DNA of 34,687 bases from Polyangiaceae bacterium. GTDB lineage: Bacteria > Myxococcota_A > Polyangia > Polyangiales > Polyangiaceae. A program made the translations under genes and the position numbers. The notes under the pieces were generated by a model. The model was not told the DNA's origin and did not search any database. It saw only the letters and a program-made list of their open reading frames with translations. The DNA lies in NCBI GenBank assembly GCA_044222475.1, contig JBGANF010000008.1:1-34687 (forward strand), given 5' to 3'. Shown piece after piece: positions 9,041 to 20,800 of the stretch (position 1 is the first letter of the stretch; every line of letters starts with the position of its first letter).

Positions 9041-9204
9041 GGCCTACCTCGCGTCCTTGCAGAACGTGCTCATCTCACCATGACAAAGCAAGCCGCGCGC
9101 CGGGTTCATTCCCTAGAAGTTTAGCAGAGATCCGGCCGCGTCCACTACCCGGACTGGATCACCGAAGGCTCAGCAGCGGATAGCCGAGAGACCTGTCCAT
9201 ATGG

Positions 9205-9933
9205 CTATGATGGCGCCATCTTGGCGAGGGTTGCTTTGGCCATGCGTACCTCGCCAGCCAGGGCGATCGCCATCGCGGCGCGTGCGGCCTCGGTGCGACG
9301 GACGAACGCGTCGAGGTAGCGCTTCGCGACGCCGAACTCGCCAGCCGCGTAGGCGAGGTGCCCGAGCACGAAGCGCCCGTACCCTTGACCACACGGTGCC
9401 GTCGCGAGCTCGTCGATCGTGCCCTGGAGGTCGTTGACGCGCTCCCCCGCCGAGATGCGCGCGAGGGCGAGGTGAGCCCGGTAGAGCGGCTTGTCGCGCG
9501 TGCCCCAACGCACGGCGCGCTGGAGCGCGGACACCGACTCGTCGTAGCGATGCGCGAGGAACAGCACGCTGCCGAGGGTCCACAGATGAAACGGCCGGCG
9601 CGACGCCGGGCCGCGCCGCGCCGCGGCGCGAAGGTGGGATACCGCCTCCTCGAGCTGGCCGCTCGCGAGCGCGGCCCGCGCGGCGTCTTGGTGAAGGACG
9701 TCGGGGAGGATCTCCAGCTCGAGCGCGCTCTCCACGGTCTCGAGGGCGGCGTCGAACCGCTCGGCCTCGAAATACGCGAGGTAGAGCTGGCGCAGCAGCA
9801 TCGCGTGCGTCGTCCGATCGATGGGAGCGCGGGCGGCGAGGCCCTGCTTGGCGAAGCGTGCGCGAGACGACCAGGACCGCGCGGTCATCGCACGTTGGAG
9901 GAGCTCTTCCGGTCTGGGCACGCGGCCAGGCAT
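9205..9933 (-). CDS. TPR-like (all-helical Ala/Leu-rich repeat) hypothetical protein
   Basis: Protein-like helical repeat composition. The opposite-strand ORFs are RG-rich junk. No catalytic motifs recognised. Confidence 0.5.
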   Translation of the reverse strand: MPGRVPRPEELLQRAMTARSWSSRARFAKQGLAARAPIDRTTHAMLLRQLYLAYFEAERFDAALETVESALELEILPDVLHQDAARAALASGQLEEAVSHLRAAARRGPASRRPFHLWTLGSVLFLAHRYDESVSALQRAVRWGTRDKPLYRAHLALARISAGERVNDLQGTIDELATAPCGQGYGRFVLGHLAYAAGEFGVAKRYLDAFVRRTEAARAAMAIALAGEVRMAKATLAKMAPS

Positions 9934-10020
9934 GGGCCGAAATCATTGTAGCATCCAGGTTTTTCGCGCGCACAAGCGGTTTCCACTCTGCACCCGGCGT
10001 GCTAATTCGCCCTACCTGTC

Positions 10021-10326
10021 ATGTCGGCCATGTCGGATCGCTTCGTCGCTGTCGTCACGCTCGTCGCGCTCGCCTTGCTGGTGGGCTGCGGGCGCAAGGC
10101 GACCGAGGCCGATTGCCAGGTGATCGTCGACCAGATGGTCGTCGTGAAGATGAAGAAGAAGAACAACACCGATCCGGCGGCGGTCACCAAGCTCCAGGCC
10201 GAGCTTCGCGAGGAAGCCAAAGGCGAAGTAATGGATGGCTGCGTCGGTCGGCGAATCAGTGACGGCGCTCTCGATTGCATCAAGAAGGCCGAGACCCAAG
10301 AGGAAATCATCACGTGCATGCGCTGA
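10021..10326 (+). CDS. Small lipoprotein, 5-Cys family (copy A)
   Basis: Signal peptide plus canonical lipobox LLVGC. Mature pattern C-GRKATEAD-C ... C-x12-C-x12-C. It is lower GC and Lys/Glu-rich, unlike GC-artefact ORFs. Confidence 0.55.
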   Translation: MSAMSDRFVAVVTLVALALLVGCGRKATEADCQVIVDQMVVVKMKKKNNTDPAAVTKLQAELREEAKGEVMDGCVGRRISDGALDCIKKAETQEEIITCMR

Positions 10327-10634
10327 CCCGTCCCGCGATTCTCCCGCTTGCGCTGGGATGCGGGTTCGCGATCGTGCTGGCCACTTCGGCGTGTCGTCGC
10401 AAGGCGACGGAGGCGCAGTGCGATGCGCTGGTCGATCACTACGCGGAGCTCGCGATGAAGGAGCAGTTCCCCGACGCCGGACCGGCGGAGATCGAAGCGC
10501 AGCGAAAGCACGTCCGCGAAGAGTCGAAGGGCGACGACGACTTCAAGAACTGTACGTCGGAGGTCGAGGCTGCCGACTACGCCTGCGCCATGAAGGCGAC
10601 CACGACGGAAGGCGTCGAGCGCTGCCTCGAGTGA
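10314..10634 (+). CDS. Small lipoprotein, 5-Cys family (copy B, paralog of copy A)
   Basis: Same motif C-RRKATEAQ-C ... C ... C ... C as copy A. Likely GTG start at 10314 (the alternative TTG at 10275), so it overlaps the end of copy A. The signal peptide has a lipobox-like ATSAC. Confidence 0.5.
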   Translation: MHALTRPAILPLALGCGFAIVLATSACRRKATEAQCDALVDHYAELAMKEQFPDAGPAEIEAQRKHVREESKGDDDFKNCTSEVEAADYACAMKATTTEGVERCLE

Positions 10635-10638
10635 GCGC

Positions 10639-10962
10639 TCACTTCTTCTTCACGGCGCGGCCGCTGAAGACCTGCTTGCCGTTCTCCATCGACGGCTTGT
10701 CCGATACCTGCCACACGGCGTCGCCGCCGAGCTTGCACACCTGATCGAGGAGCTCGCGCATGCAGTCGTCTTCCTTGACGAGCGTCGCATCGCACGACGC
10801 GCGAACGGGACCGATGTTCGTCGTCGCGACGTTCGGCGCGTCGCGGTAGACCTCGACGTCACAGCCGGCGGGCCGCTCGGGGAAATTCGGGGTCGCGTTG
10901 TGACCGCCGCCGCATGCCGCGAGAGCGAGCGCGCCAAGGGTGAGCGTGCCGATGAGTCTCAT
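10639..10962 (-). CDS. Small lipoprotein with 5 Cys (unrelated to the A/B family)
   Basis: [20 protein letters not shown] signal peptide and lipobox. Only the last 107 codons of the track ORF 10639..11346 are protein-like. The ATG overlaps the glyQ stop as ATGA. It ends 4 nt from the convergent lipoprotein B. Confidence 0.55.
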   Translation of the reverse strand: MRLIGTLTLGALALAACGGGHNATPNFPERPAGCDVEVYRDAPNVATTNIGPVRASCDATLVKEDDCMRELLDQVCKLGGDAVWQVSDKPSMENGKQVFSGRAVKKK

Positions 10963-11879
10963 GCGCGTGCCTCCGCGTGCTTGGACTTTCCGTCGAGGAG
11001 AGGAAACCCGAGCGCCTCGCGCTGCGCGAGGTACGCCTCGGCGACGGCCTTCGCGAGGCCGCGGACGCGCCCGATGAAGCGCGCGCGCTCGGTGACGCCG
11101 ATGGCGCCACGAGCGTCGAGGACGTTGAACTGGTGCGCCGCCTTGACGACGAAGTCGTACGCGGGCAGCACGAGTCGCTTCAGCGGCTCCTTCTCGCTCC
11201 CGAGCGCGAGGAGGCGCTTCGCCTCCTTCTCGTAGTGGTCGAAGTGAGCGAAGTGCGCCGCCGTGTCGGCCTGCTCGAAGTTGTACGTGCTCCACTCCCA
11301 CTCGGCGCGCTTCGCGATCTCGCCGTAGCGGACGCCCTTGGCCCACATCACGTCCATGATGTGGTCGACGTCCTGCAGGTACATCGAGATGCGCTCGAGG
11401 CCGTAGGTGAGCTCACCCGAGACCGGCTTGCACTCGATGCTCCCGACCTGCTGGAAGTACGTGAACTGGCTGATCTCCAAGCCATCGAGCCAGACCTGCC
11501 AGCCGAGACCCCACGCGCCGAGCGTCGGCGACTCCCAGTCGTCTTCGACGAAGCGCACGTCGTGCTCTTCCGGCACGGTCCCGATCGCGCGGAGCGACTC
11601 GAGGTAGAGATCCTGGATGTCGATCGGCGACGGCTTGAGGATCACCTGGAACTGGTGGAACTGCTGGAGCCGGTTCGGGTTGTCGCCGTAGCGGCCGTCG
11701 GAGGGACGACGCGACGGCTCGACGAACGCGACGTTCCAGGGCTCGGGGCCGAGCGCACGAAGGAACGTCGCCGGGTTGTAGGTACCGGCGCCGACTTCGG
11801 AGTTGTAGGGCTGAACGATGAGGCAGCCGCGTTGCGCCCAGAAATTCTGCAACCCGAGGATGATGTCTTGGAAGTACAT
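10959..11879 (-). CDS. glyQ: Glycine--tRNA ligase alpha subunit
   Basis: Full-length (306 aa). It aligns by eye with the E. coli GlyQ consensus, for example [55 protein letters not shown] and [24 protein letters not shown]. Confidence 0.92.
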   Translation of the reverse strand: MYFQDIILGLQNFWAQRGCLIVQPYNSEVGAGTYNPATFLRALGPEPWNVAFVEPSRRPSDGRYGDNPNRLQQFHQFQVILKPSPIDIQDLYLESLRAIGTVPEEHDVRFVEDDWESPTLGAWGLGWQVWLDGLEISQFTYFQQVGSIECKPVSGELTYGLERISMYLQDVDHIMDVMWAKGVRYGEIAKRAEWEWSTYNFEQADTAAHFAHFDHYEKEAKRLLALGSEKEPLKRLVLPAYDFVVKAAHQFNVLDARGAIGVTERARFIGRVRGLAKAVAEAYLAQREALGFPLLDGKSKHAEARA

Positions 11880-11881
11880 GG

Positions 11882-14800
11882 TCAGTCGATTCGAGCGAGG
11901 AGGTCACGCGCGAGTTGGCGTGAAGGGTCGTCGTCGATCGCCCGTTTCAGTAGCATCACCGCGCGCTTGTTGTCGCCGGCTTCGAGCGCGAGCTCGCCGA
12001 GGCGCTCGTAGGCTTCGGCGCGCGACATTGGAGCCTGGGCGCGGAGCATGGTGATCGTACGGAGCGCGCGTGTCTCGATCTCGGTGCTGCCGAGCTCGCG
12101 CGCGACCCACGCGAGCTCGGAGGCGACGGCGCCGTTTTGGCCGTCCATGTCGAGCGCGGTGCCCAGCATCGCGAGGTCGTTCCCGCGATCCCCGGAGGCG
12201 CGGGCTACGCGGGCGAGGCGGAGATAGACGTGCGACAGCTCCTTGCTGCGGCGGCCCTTGTGCTTCTCGAGGACGGCGCGCAGGAGCTCGTCGGCGGCGG
12301 CGAGGTTGCTCTGACCGATGTACGCGTCGGCGAGGAGGCTCGTGCACTCGAGGTCGCCCGGTTTGATCTCGAGCGCGCGGCGGAGGACGTCGGTCGCGGC
12401 GGTGGCGTCGCCGCCTTCGCCGAGGAGGAGCGTCGCGGCAGCGACGTAGAACGGCAGGCGCTTCGGCGGCTCGGGGATGCGCTCGGCCTCCGCGATGCGC
12501 AGCGCCGCGAGCGCCTGAACGTCGCCCAGTGCGCCGTAGATCTCGCCGAGCTTCTCGCTGACGCGTTCGTCCTCGGGGGCGAGGCGATGTGCGCGTTCGA
12601 GTCCGGCGCGCGCATACCCCGGCGAGCCGGTGCGGGTCGCGCGATCGACGAGGCGGAGCGCGATCTCGGCGACCTCGGCGTCGGGGACGACCTCGACGAG
12701 ACGCGCGAGGACGTCGGTCTCGGCGTCGACGCGATCGGCGCGGGCTTCGAGGTCGGCGAGCGCGCGAAGCGCTTCGGCGTCCTGCTCGTGGGTCTGGAGG
12801 ACCTGCTCGAGCTGGTTCCGCGCGTCGTCCGTCCGACCGAGGGCGTCGCAAAGCGTCGCGAGTCGCACGCGGTACGAGCGTCGATCGTTCTCGTCCGTCG
12901 TTCCAGCGGCGGCGAGCGCGAGGATCTCGGAGAGGTGCTCGGCGAGCCGGCCGTCGTCGCGATACGCCGCTTCGCCGCTGTCGACGGCCTCGGCGAAGCG
13001 CTCGGTGCGAAGCGCGAGGCGCGCCCGCTCGAGGAGCCACGCGGCCTGCATCGGGGTGCCGCTGACCTGGGACTCGAGGTTCGACAGCTCCTCCCACGAC
13101 GAGGCGACGTCGTCGGCGTCGGCGAGGGCGCGGTAGTACGCGATGTGGGTCGTGTCGGCGGCTCCTGGGATCGCGTACGCGCCGCGCATCACGCGGACGA
13201 CACCGGCCGTGTCGCTGATCGCTCCGTAGTGGCGCGCTGCCTCGAGGAACGCTGCTTCGGCCTCGGCCGGAACGAGCGCCGCGGCCGTCGTCTCGTGGAG
13301 CTTCGCGAGCTTCGCGGCGTCGTTGCGTTCGGTGTAGATTGCAAGCAATCGCTCGCGGAGGTTCGCGCTCTCCGGAGCGGCGGCGAGACCGAGCTCCAGC
13401 GCGCGCTCTGCGCCCTCGCTGTCCCAGGCTTCGTTGCGGACGGCGAACAGATCGAGGGCGAGCTTTTCGCCTTCCTCGCCCCGGGTCTGCTCGAGCAAGC
13501 GCTCCAGCAGCTCCGCGCGGTCGACGCCCTCCGATGCCGGGATGACGCGCAACGCGCCGCGGAGGAGCTCGGGGTTCTTCGCTTCCCAGTCGAGCCCGGT
13601 CGCGTACACCGAGCGCGCCTTTTCGGCGTCGTCGCCTTCGAGCAGCTTGCCCAGTCGCGCGGCGACGGTGGCGACCCCCGGAGCGTCGGCGCGGTCGCGC
13701 GCGGCTTCGAGTCGTCGTTCGAGGAGGGCGACGAGCTCGCTCTTGTCACCGCTGCCCTCGAGCAGGTCGACGAGGACCGTCGCCGCGTCTTCGGAGAGCG
13801 GATCCTCTTCGAGCACTTCGCGCAGCTCGGCGATCGCTTCGGTCGCTCGATCGAGCGCGGTCGCGAGCAGCTTCGCGTGCTCGACGCGGAGGGCGCTTCG
13901 CTCCGGGGATGCCGAGTGGAGCGCCGCCGTCGTACGCAGAGCTTCTTCGAGCTCCTCCTTCGTCCCGTGGGTTCGGAGGAGCGCGAGCAACGTGCCGCGC
14001 AGCTCGAGGTCGTTGGGCTCGGATGCGAGCACGGCTTCGATCGCCTCCCGCGCGATCGCTGGCGTCGTCCCGGCCGCCTGCGCGACTTCGAGGCGGAGCT
14101 TCCTCGCCTCGGCGGGGGGCAGCGTGGTGGCCGCCTCGAGGCGGAGCCGCGCGGCCAGGGCGGGATCGCTCGCTTCCCGAAGCGTCGCGAGCTCGAGGCG
14201 CGCCCAGCGTCCGAAGTCGCCCTCTTCGCTGATCGAGCGCTCCAGGATCACGTCGGCGACGTCGAGCTTGCCGGCGCGCTTCGCCTCCTCGACGCCTTCT
14301 CGGTAGAGCTCCGGCGTGCCGCAACCGGCGCGTGCCGAGAGCTCGATCGCGCGGAGCAGCCGCTCGGCGTCTCCTCGCGTTCGGGCGATGCGTTCGTAGA
14401 GGTGGAACAGCGCGGGCTCGGTCGCGCCCTCGAGCGCCGGCTCGAGGATCTTCAGCGCGCGCTCGTGATCGCTCTGCTTCTCGAAGGCGGATTTCAGGAG
14501 AGCGGCGCCAGAGGCCCGATCGCCTCCGGGCTTCAGGCGCAGCTCTGCGAGTCGATACTCCGCGTCGGCTGCGGCCTTGGGGTCCTTAGCGCCTTCGGCG
14601 AGCGCCGCGATCAACCGCGCGAGGACCTTCTCCTGGCGCGGGTCGTCCGTCTTCGCGTAGGTGCGATCGAGGGCTCGGAGGACGTCGGCGTTCAGCGGAT
14701 CGGCGTCCGACGCGCGCTCGAGGACCGTTGCGGCCCTCGCGGAGTCGCCGGTCTCCTCTTCGATCACCGCTGCCGCGCCGTGGAGAAGCTGCGCTGCGTC

Positions 14801-17800
14801 CTTGCCGTTCCCTTCGCTCGCGAGGCGATCTCCGAGCGCGAGGAGGCGCTCCACGTAGCGCTCGGTCGTGCCGCTCTTCTTCGCTCCAGCGAGCGCGGCG
14901 TCACGGAGGGCGCGGCTCGCGGGGGCTGCCTCGAGCGCCGTGAGCCGGGTGTCGAGCGCGCCTGCGTCGTCGCCGAGCTCTTCTTGTGCCCGCGCCATGT
15001 CGGCGAGGACTTGGGCGCGCTTCTCTCCACCCTCGGCGCGCTCCAGCCGGCCGCGGAGGGCGCGCAACAGGAGGTCGTTCTTCTTCTTCGCGCGCAACGC
15101 GTCTTCGAGTCGAACGGCCTCCGCGTCGGACGTCGTCGCCGCTTCGAACGCGGACTCGACGATCTCCGCTGCGCGCTCCTTCTCGTCCTGGCGATCGGCG
15201 ATCTCGGCGAGCTCGATGAGGACCTCGCTTCGCGCGACGGTCATCCCGTCGGAGTCGCGGCGCAGCACAGAGAGGAGGGCGCGGTACGAGCGCTCGGCCT
15301 TCTCGAGCTGGCCGTCGTCACGCGCGAGCTCGGCGACCATCCGGAGGATCTCCGGGTTGGCGGGATCGATGCGGGTCGCCGCCTCGAGCTCGGCGAGAGC
15401 GGGCGTGCGCTCGCCCAGCGCGAGCAACAGACGAGCGAGGTGGAAGTGAACCTGCGCGCGCTCCTTGGGGCGTCGTCCGCCGAACGCGTCGAGCATCGAG
15501 CGGAGGAGGGTGCGCGCGTCGTCGGGGCGGCCCGCCGCGGTGAGCGCCTGCGAGAGTCGGAGGCGAAGCGCGCGATCGTCGGGGGCGAGCTCCGCTGCTT
15601 CGGACAGGAGCTCGGCGGCTCGGCCCGGAGCCTGGCATCGCGTGAGCCAGAGATCGGCGGCCTCTTCGAGGCCGCGACGCTTCTCGGCGGGCGTCTCGGC
15701 CTTCGACGCTTGACGGGTGAGCAGATCGGCGAGCGGCGCATAGAGCTCGGCTTTGCGGTAGAGCTCGGCGAGACGCTGCGGGACCTCCGCCGGCGACCCC
15801 GTCGCTTCGACGGCTGCTTCGAGGTGACGCCGAGCGTCCTCCTCGTGACCGGCGGTGACGAGGGCGTCAGTGAGGCGGAGGATGACCCCCGCTCGTCGAT
15901 CGGGGAACTTGTGAAGCAGCCGCTCCAGGTACTGCGCCGCGGCCGAGTGGTCGCCCTGGCGTTCGTGGAGCTTCGCGATGGCGTCGAGGTCGTCGGCCTC
16001 GACGACCAACGGCAGCACGCGCTGGAAGTAGCCGAGCGCCGCCGCCGTGTCGTTCTGGCGGGAGTCGGCGAGAACGGCGGCGCGACGGAACATCGTCGCC
16101 GCGGCGTGGATGTCCCCTTCGGCCTCGGCGAGGTGGGCCTGTTCGGCAAGGAACGCGATGAGCTCCGCGTTGCGACCAGCGGCCTCGAGGACGTCGATGA
16201 TCATCGCCGCGCTCTCGGCGTGGCGCGGCTGCTCGCTGAGGTTGTCCTTGAGGAGCGCCAGCGCTGCGTCGGTCTTGTCGAGCGAGCTCTCGAGCGCCGC
16301 GGCGTCGAGTCGAAGCGGCAGCCGCACCGCAGCGGTCGACGCGCGCGCGATCTGCCGCTTTCGCAGCGCGAGGAGATCCGGGCGGCGATCCAGCGTGCGA
16401 AGCACCGCCGCCAAGCGCTCGGCCGCGAGCGCATCATCGGGGTCGTCGCCTTCGAGCTCGGCGTACAGTCGGAGGGCGGCCTCCTGGTCGCCCACGCGCT
16501 CGAGGGCCATGCGAGCGGCCTCGTGACGAAGCTCGCGCGCGCGCGCGGTCTCGAACGGGAGGCGAGCGGTCTCCGACAGCAGGCTGACGATGCGCTCCGC
16601 GTTGCCTTCTTCGTTGTGGATGCGCACGAGCTCGCCCATCGCCCACTCGACGTACTCTCCGGGGTGGCGCGGGGAGCCCTGGGTCAGCGGCGCCTCTTCG
16701 GTGTCGGCTTCGCCGACCCAGCGCTCGGAGGCGAGCTTCAGGAGGCGTTCGAGGATCGTCTTCGCGAGCCCGCGGTCCACCACGACACTCGCGGCGACGT
16801 CCGCCGCCTCGCGCAGGAGCTCGGGGTCGCCGCCGGTCGCCTGCGACAGGCGCAGCAAAGTCTCGATCAGGGGGCGCCCTCGGGTGCGACGCTGGAGCTG
16901 AGCGAGCGCCCGGAGGAGGTCGGCGTTCGTACCATCTTGGGACAGCGCGCGGGCGTACGCTGCTTCGGCGGCGTCGGGATCTCCGCGGCGATCGCGGTGC
17001 CACGTCGCGATGCGCGCCTCGAGATCGCGGACGACGTTCGCGGGCAGGCCGCTGCGCTCGGCAAGCGCGGCCTCGAGGGCTCCAGTGGCCGCGTCCCAGC
17101 CGGCGTTGCCGGTGACCCGAGCCTCCAGCTCACCGAGCAGCAGGTCGTCGACCTGCCCGAGCGCGGCAGCTCGGTCGATGATGACGCGCGCGGTCGCATC
17201 CCAACGCTGTACGCGGGCGCCCACGCGAACGGACGCCACTCCCGCGACCTCGTCCAACGGCGCCTCTTCGGCGACCCGGAGGTACAACGTCAGCGCGGTG
17301 CGCGGATCATCGAGGTGTTGCTCGAGCACGTCAGCGAGGCCTTTCCGGAGCCTCGGGATCGCCTCGCCGGTCGTGCCCGAAGCCTCGAGCGTCTCGAGGA
17401 CGGTCCTCAGGACCTCGGCGCGTGCGCGCTGATTGTCCGACACGGCGGCGAGACGCGCGAGGGTCGCGTCGATCGCGATGTCGCCGCGCGAGAGCACGAA
17501 CGCATCGCTGCACGATCGAAACGCGGCGGCGGGGTCGAGGCCGCGATCCTCTTCGAGCTTCGCGGCCTCGAGGAGGATCGCGATTCGCGCTTGGTCGTCG
17601 GCGGCGATGCGAAGTCGGTCGCTCTGGAGCTGCAGCACGTCCCGCCACGCGTCGCGAGCGCGGTGGTCGGCGAGGAGGACGTCCATCGCCGACGTCGCCG
17701 CGTCGCCGTCGCCGAGGAGCGCGGTGAGGCCCGCGATCGCTCCGGGGTGTCCCGACTCGGCTTCGAGCGCCGAGCGGTAGTCCACGACCGCCTTCGCCGT

Positions 17801-20800
17801 CGCTCCCAAGTGCACTCGCCGGAGATCGCCGAGGCGCACGAGGATCGCCGCGCGTGACGCTTCGGGGGCGCTCTCGGCGGCGCGCACGAGGAGCTTGGAC
17901 AGCTTCTTCCAGTGCGATCCGCGCTCGTAGAGGTCGGCGAGCGCGAGCGTGCTGTCCTCGGTCGCGCCGAAGTCGTGCTCGATGCCCTCCCACGCCTTGA
18001 TGGCCGCCTCGTCGTCGGCGAGCTCGCCGCCGAGCAAGCGCGCGGCGCGCACTCGATCGGCCTGCTTGTCCGCTTCGCTCGGCAACAGTCGCGCGCGCCG
18101 CTCGAGCGCCTCGTACAGCGGCCGGTGACGACCGCTCGCCTCGAGAATCGCGACGAGACCGTGAAGCGCCACGAGGTCGGACGAGTCTTCGGCCAGTCGA
18201 GCTTCCCACGCGGCGATGCCGCGATCGATCTCACCGAGCGACGCCGCGAGGCGCGCCGCCTCGCCAAGGGCGCCACGGCGCTCTTCGGTGCGCGTCTCGA
18301 GCTGAGCGATGCGCTCGAGGACCCCGAGTCGCTCCGGTTCGCGTCCGGCGCGCTCGAGCAAACCCTCGAGCGGACGCGCCGCGCGGAGGAGCACCTCGTG
18401 GTCGACGTCGAACGCGAGGACGCGGAAGTAGAGATCGATCGCCCGACCGGGATCGGCGAGGCGGTCGGAGTGCACCACCGCGGCCTCCATGAGCAGCGCG
18501 ACGCGTAGCTCGTCGCCTTCGCACTCGTCGGCGGCTGCGGCGAGGACCTCGGCGAGGCGATCGTGGCGTCCGGTGCGCTCGGCGAGAGAGGCCAATTTCT
18601 GGCGATGGGGGGCCGAGTCGGGCTCGAGCATCACGAGCGAGACTCCGTGCGCCAGCGCAGCGACGTCGTTGCCGATGCGCTCGTAGAGCTCGACGAGCTC
18701 GCGGTGTCGCCGGATGCGCTCCTTCGCGCTCTTCACGTCCTCGAGCTCGACCTCGAGGACACGCGCGAGATCGACGTCGCGTCCGAGCTGGGCGTAGCGC
18801 TCGCGCAGCAACCCGGCGGCGCGTTGGCGCACGAGCACTCGCTTGCTGCGGCTGCTCTTGCCCGGCGGTGGAACCGATGCGCGGGGCGGCGCAACCGAGG
18901 CACGCGCCGGCGGAACCGACGCGCGGGGCGGCGGGATGGACTCGTACGCCTGGGCGATGCGCTCGCTCAACGGCGAAGAGGTCGGGGGAAGCGTCTTCTT
19001 GAGCTCCTCCGCCGGCGGAGCGGCGGTGAGGATTTGCTCGAGGAGCTCGCGGGTGGTGTCGCCTTCGTCTCCGTCAGCGATCATGGCTTCGACGACGAGG
19101 AGCGCCGACCCTGCGTCCGAGAGCTCGTCGAGCCACAGTCGCGCGATCCGGCCGCGGAGCTCCGCGATCTGCTGCGGAGTCTTTCCGCCGAGCTGCGCCT
19201 CGAGGAGGCCGACGAGCTCGCGGTGTCGGCCGTGGCGCTCGTAGAGGCGCTCGAGCGAAGCGATCAGTCGATCGTTCTTCGGTTTTCGGAGGAGCAGCGC
19301 TTCGAGGTACCGCATCGCGCGGTCCGCGTTCTTGGCGAAGTCCTTGGCGATCTGAGCGGCGTCGGCGAGGAGCTCGACGCGCCGCCCGTCGTCCAGATCG
19401 GTCGCGAGGACGCGGTCGTAGAGCACGAACAGCTCGTCCCAGCGCTCGGCCGCGTCGTAGAGGAGCTTGAGGCGATCGAACGCCCAACCGCCCGGATCGA
19501 CGGTGACGATTCGATCGAGGATCTTCACCACGCCCGTTCGCTCTTCGAACCACTCTTCGTGGAACGCGACGGCGCGCTGGCCGAGCTCCTCCGCCTGTTC
19601 ACGATCGGAAACCCGCGCCACCACGCCCTGGTAGAGCTCCGCGAGATCGAGCGGCTGATCGAGATCGCGGGCGAGCTGCTCGGCGCGATCCCATCGATCG
19701 GCCACGTTGGGCAGCTCGTCGAGCGCCCGCAGGATCGCGGCGAACTCTTCCTTCGGTCCGCGAGCGCTCGCAGCCTCGATCGCGCGATCGTGCCAGGCCG
19801 CACGCCGCTCGGGCGACGCGGAGCGTGCGCCTCGGAGCAGCGCGTCGAGCGCGCGCGATTGCGCCTCGGCGTCGCCGGCCTTCGCGATCGTCTCTTCGAG
19901 CAGCGCAGCGGCCGCGTCGCCGGCCTCGGGATCGGCGACGAGGTCGGCGGTGAGCTTCAGGGCCTGTGCATCGTCGGGAGCGAGCGCGAGCACCTTGCTC
20001 AGCTCGTCGAGGGCCTCGCGAGCGCGGCCGCCTTGCGAGACGAGGATCGCCGCGACGTCGCCGCGGATGCGACGCGCACGGTCGGCGTCGGCCCCGTTCA
20101 GTTGATCGCGCAGAGACGCGAGCGCGCCATCGACGTCGCCGCGGGCGAGCGTGATGCGCGCGATCTCGGTCGCGGCTCCGGTCGCCGGATCGACGACGTT
20201 GGCCTCGCGGTAGAGCTCGAGCGCGCGATCCGTGTCCTGGAAGCGGGTCTCCGCCGTGCGTGCCCAGTCGAACAGCACGACCCCTCGCTCGGGCCCGCCC
20301 GCGCGTCGAGCGCGCTCGCTGAAGAGCCACTCCCAATCGTCGCGCGGCGCCGACTCGGGGTGGGTTTGGAACAGCAGCCCCATCTGGGCGAGCGCGTGGA
20401 CGCGGATCGCGTCCGCCACGCGATCGTTCTCCGCGAGCGCGCGGAACGACGACGCGGCGTCACCGATGGCGTCGGGGAGGTTCGCCAGCACGGCGGCGCG
20501 CTCGAGGAGGATCGGGGCTCGGGCATCGACGTCCGCGATTTGGGCGAGCGCGCCGTCGACTGCGCGCAAGAACACGTCCGTGTGTCCGCTCTCGCGCGCG
20601 AGTCGCGACGCGAGGGCGAGGGCTGCGGGATCTTGAGGCGCGTCGCCGAACGCGCGCATCGCTGCGTCGAACGCGCCGTCGCGATCGCCGCAGCGCTCGA
20701 GCGCGCTGGAGAGGTGCAAGAGCGCGTCGCGTCGCTCCTCCACCGTCGCGGCGGCTTCGACGCGAGACGCGTAGAGCTCGGGGAGGAGCGCAGTCTCGCC

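Noticed and set aside
9041-9204. Possible tRNA/ncRNA in the lower-GC 164-nt spacer upstream of dsbD
   Set aside because: No cloverleaf-compatible stems, T-loop GTTCRA motif or conserved ncRNA signature could be recognised by eye. More likely it is the dsbD promoter/5' UTR. Covariance-model search needed to exclude this.
10963-11346. N-terminal 128 codons of track ORF 10639..11346
   Set aside because: They are antisense to glyQ and Arg/Gly-rich. Only the last 107 codons (from MRLIGTL..) encode a plausible lipoprotein.
12137-17857. 1906-aa ORF on the + strand opposite the giant gene
   Set aside because: Its translation is Arg/Gly/Ala/Glu-rich with repetitive RR/GG runs and no protein-like structure. 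It is a typical antisense open frame of a 70% GC coding region. The - strand frame is clearly the real gene.
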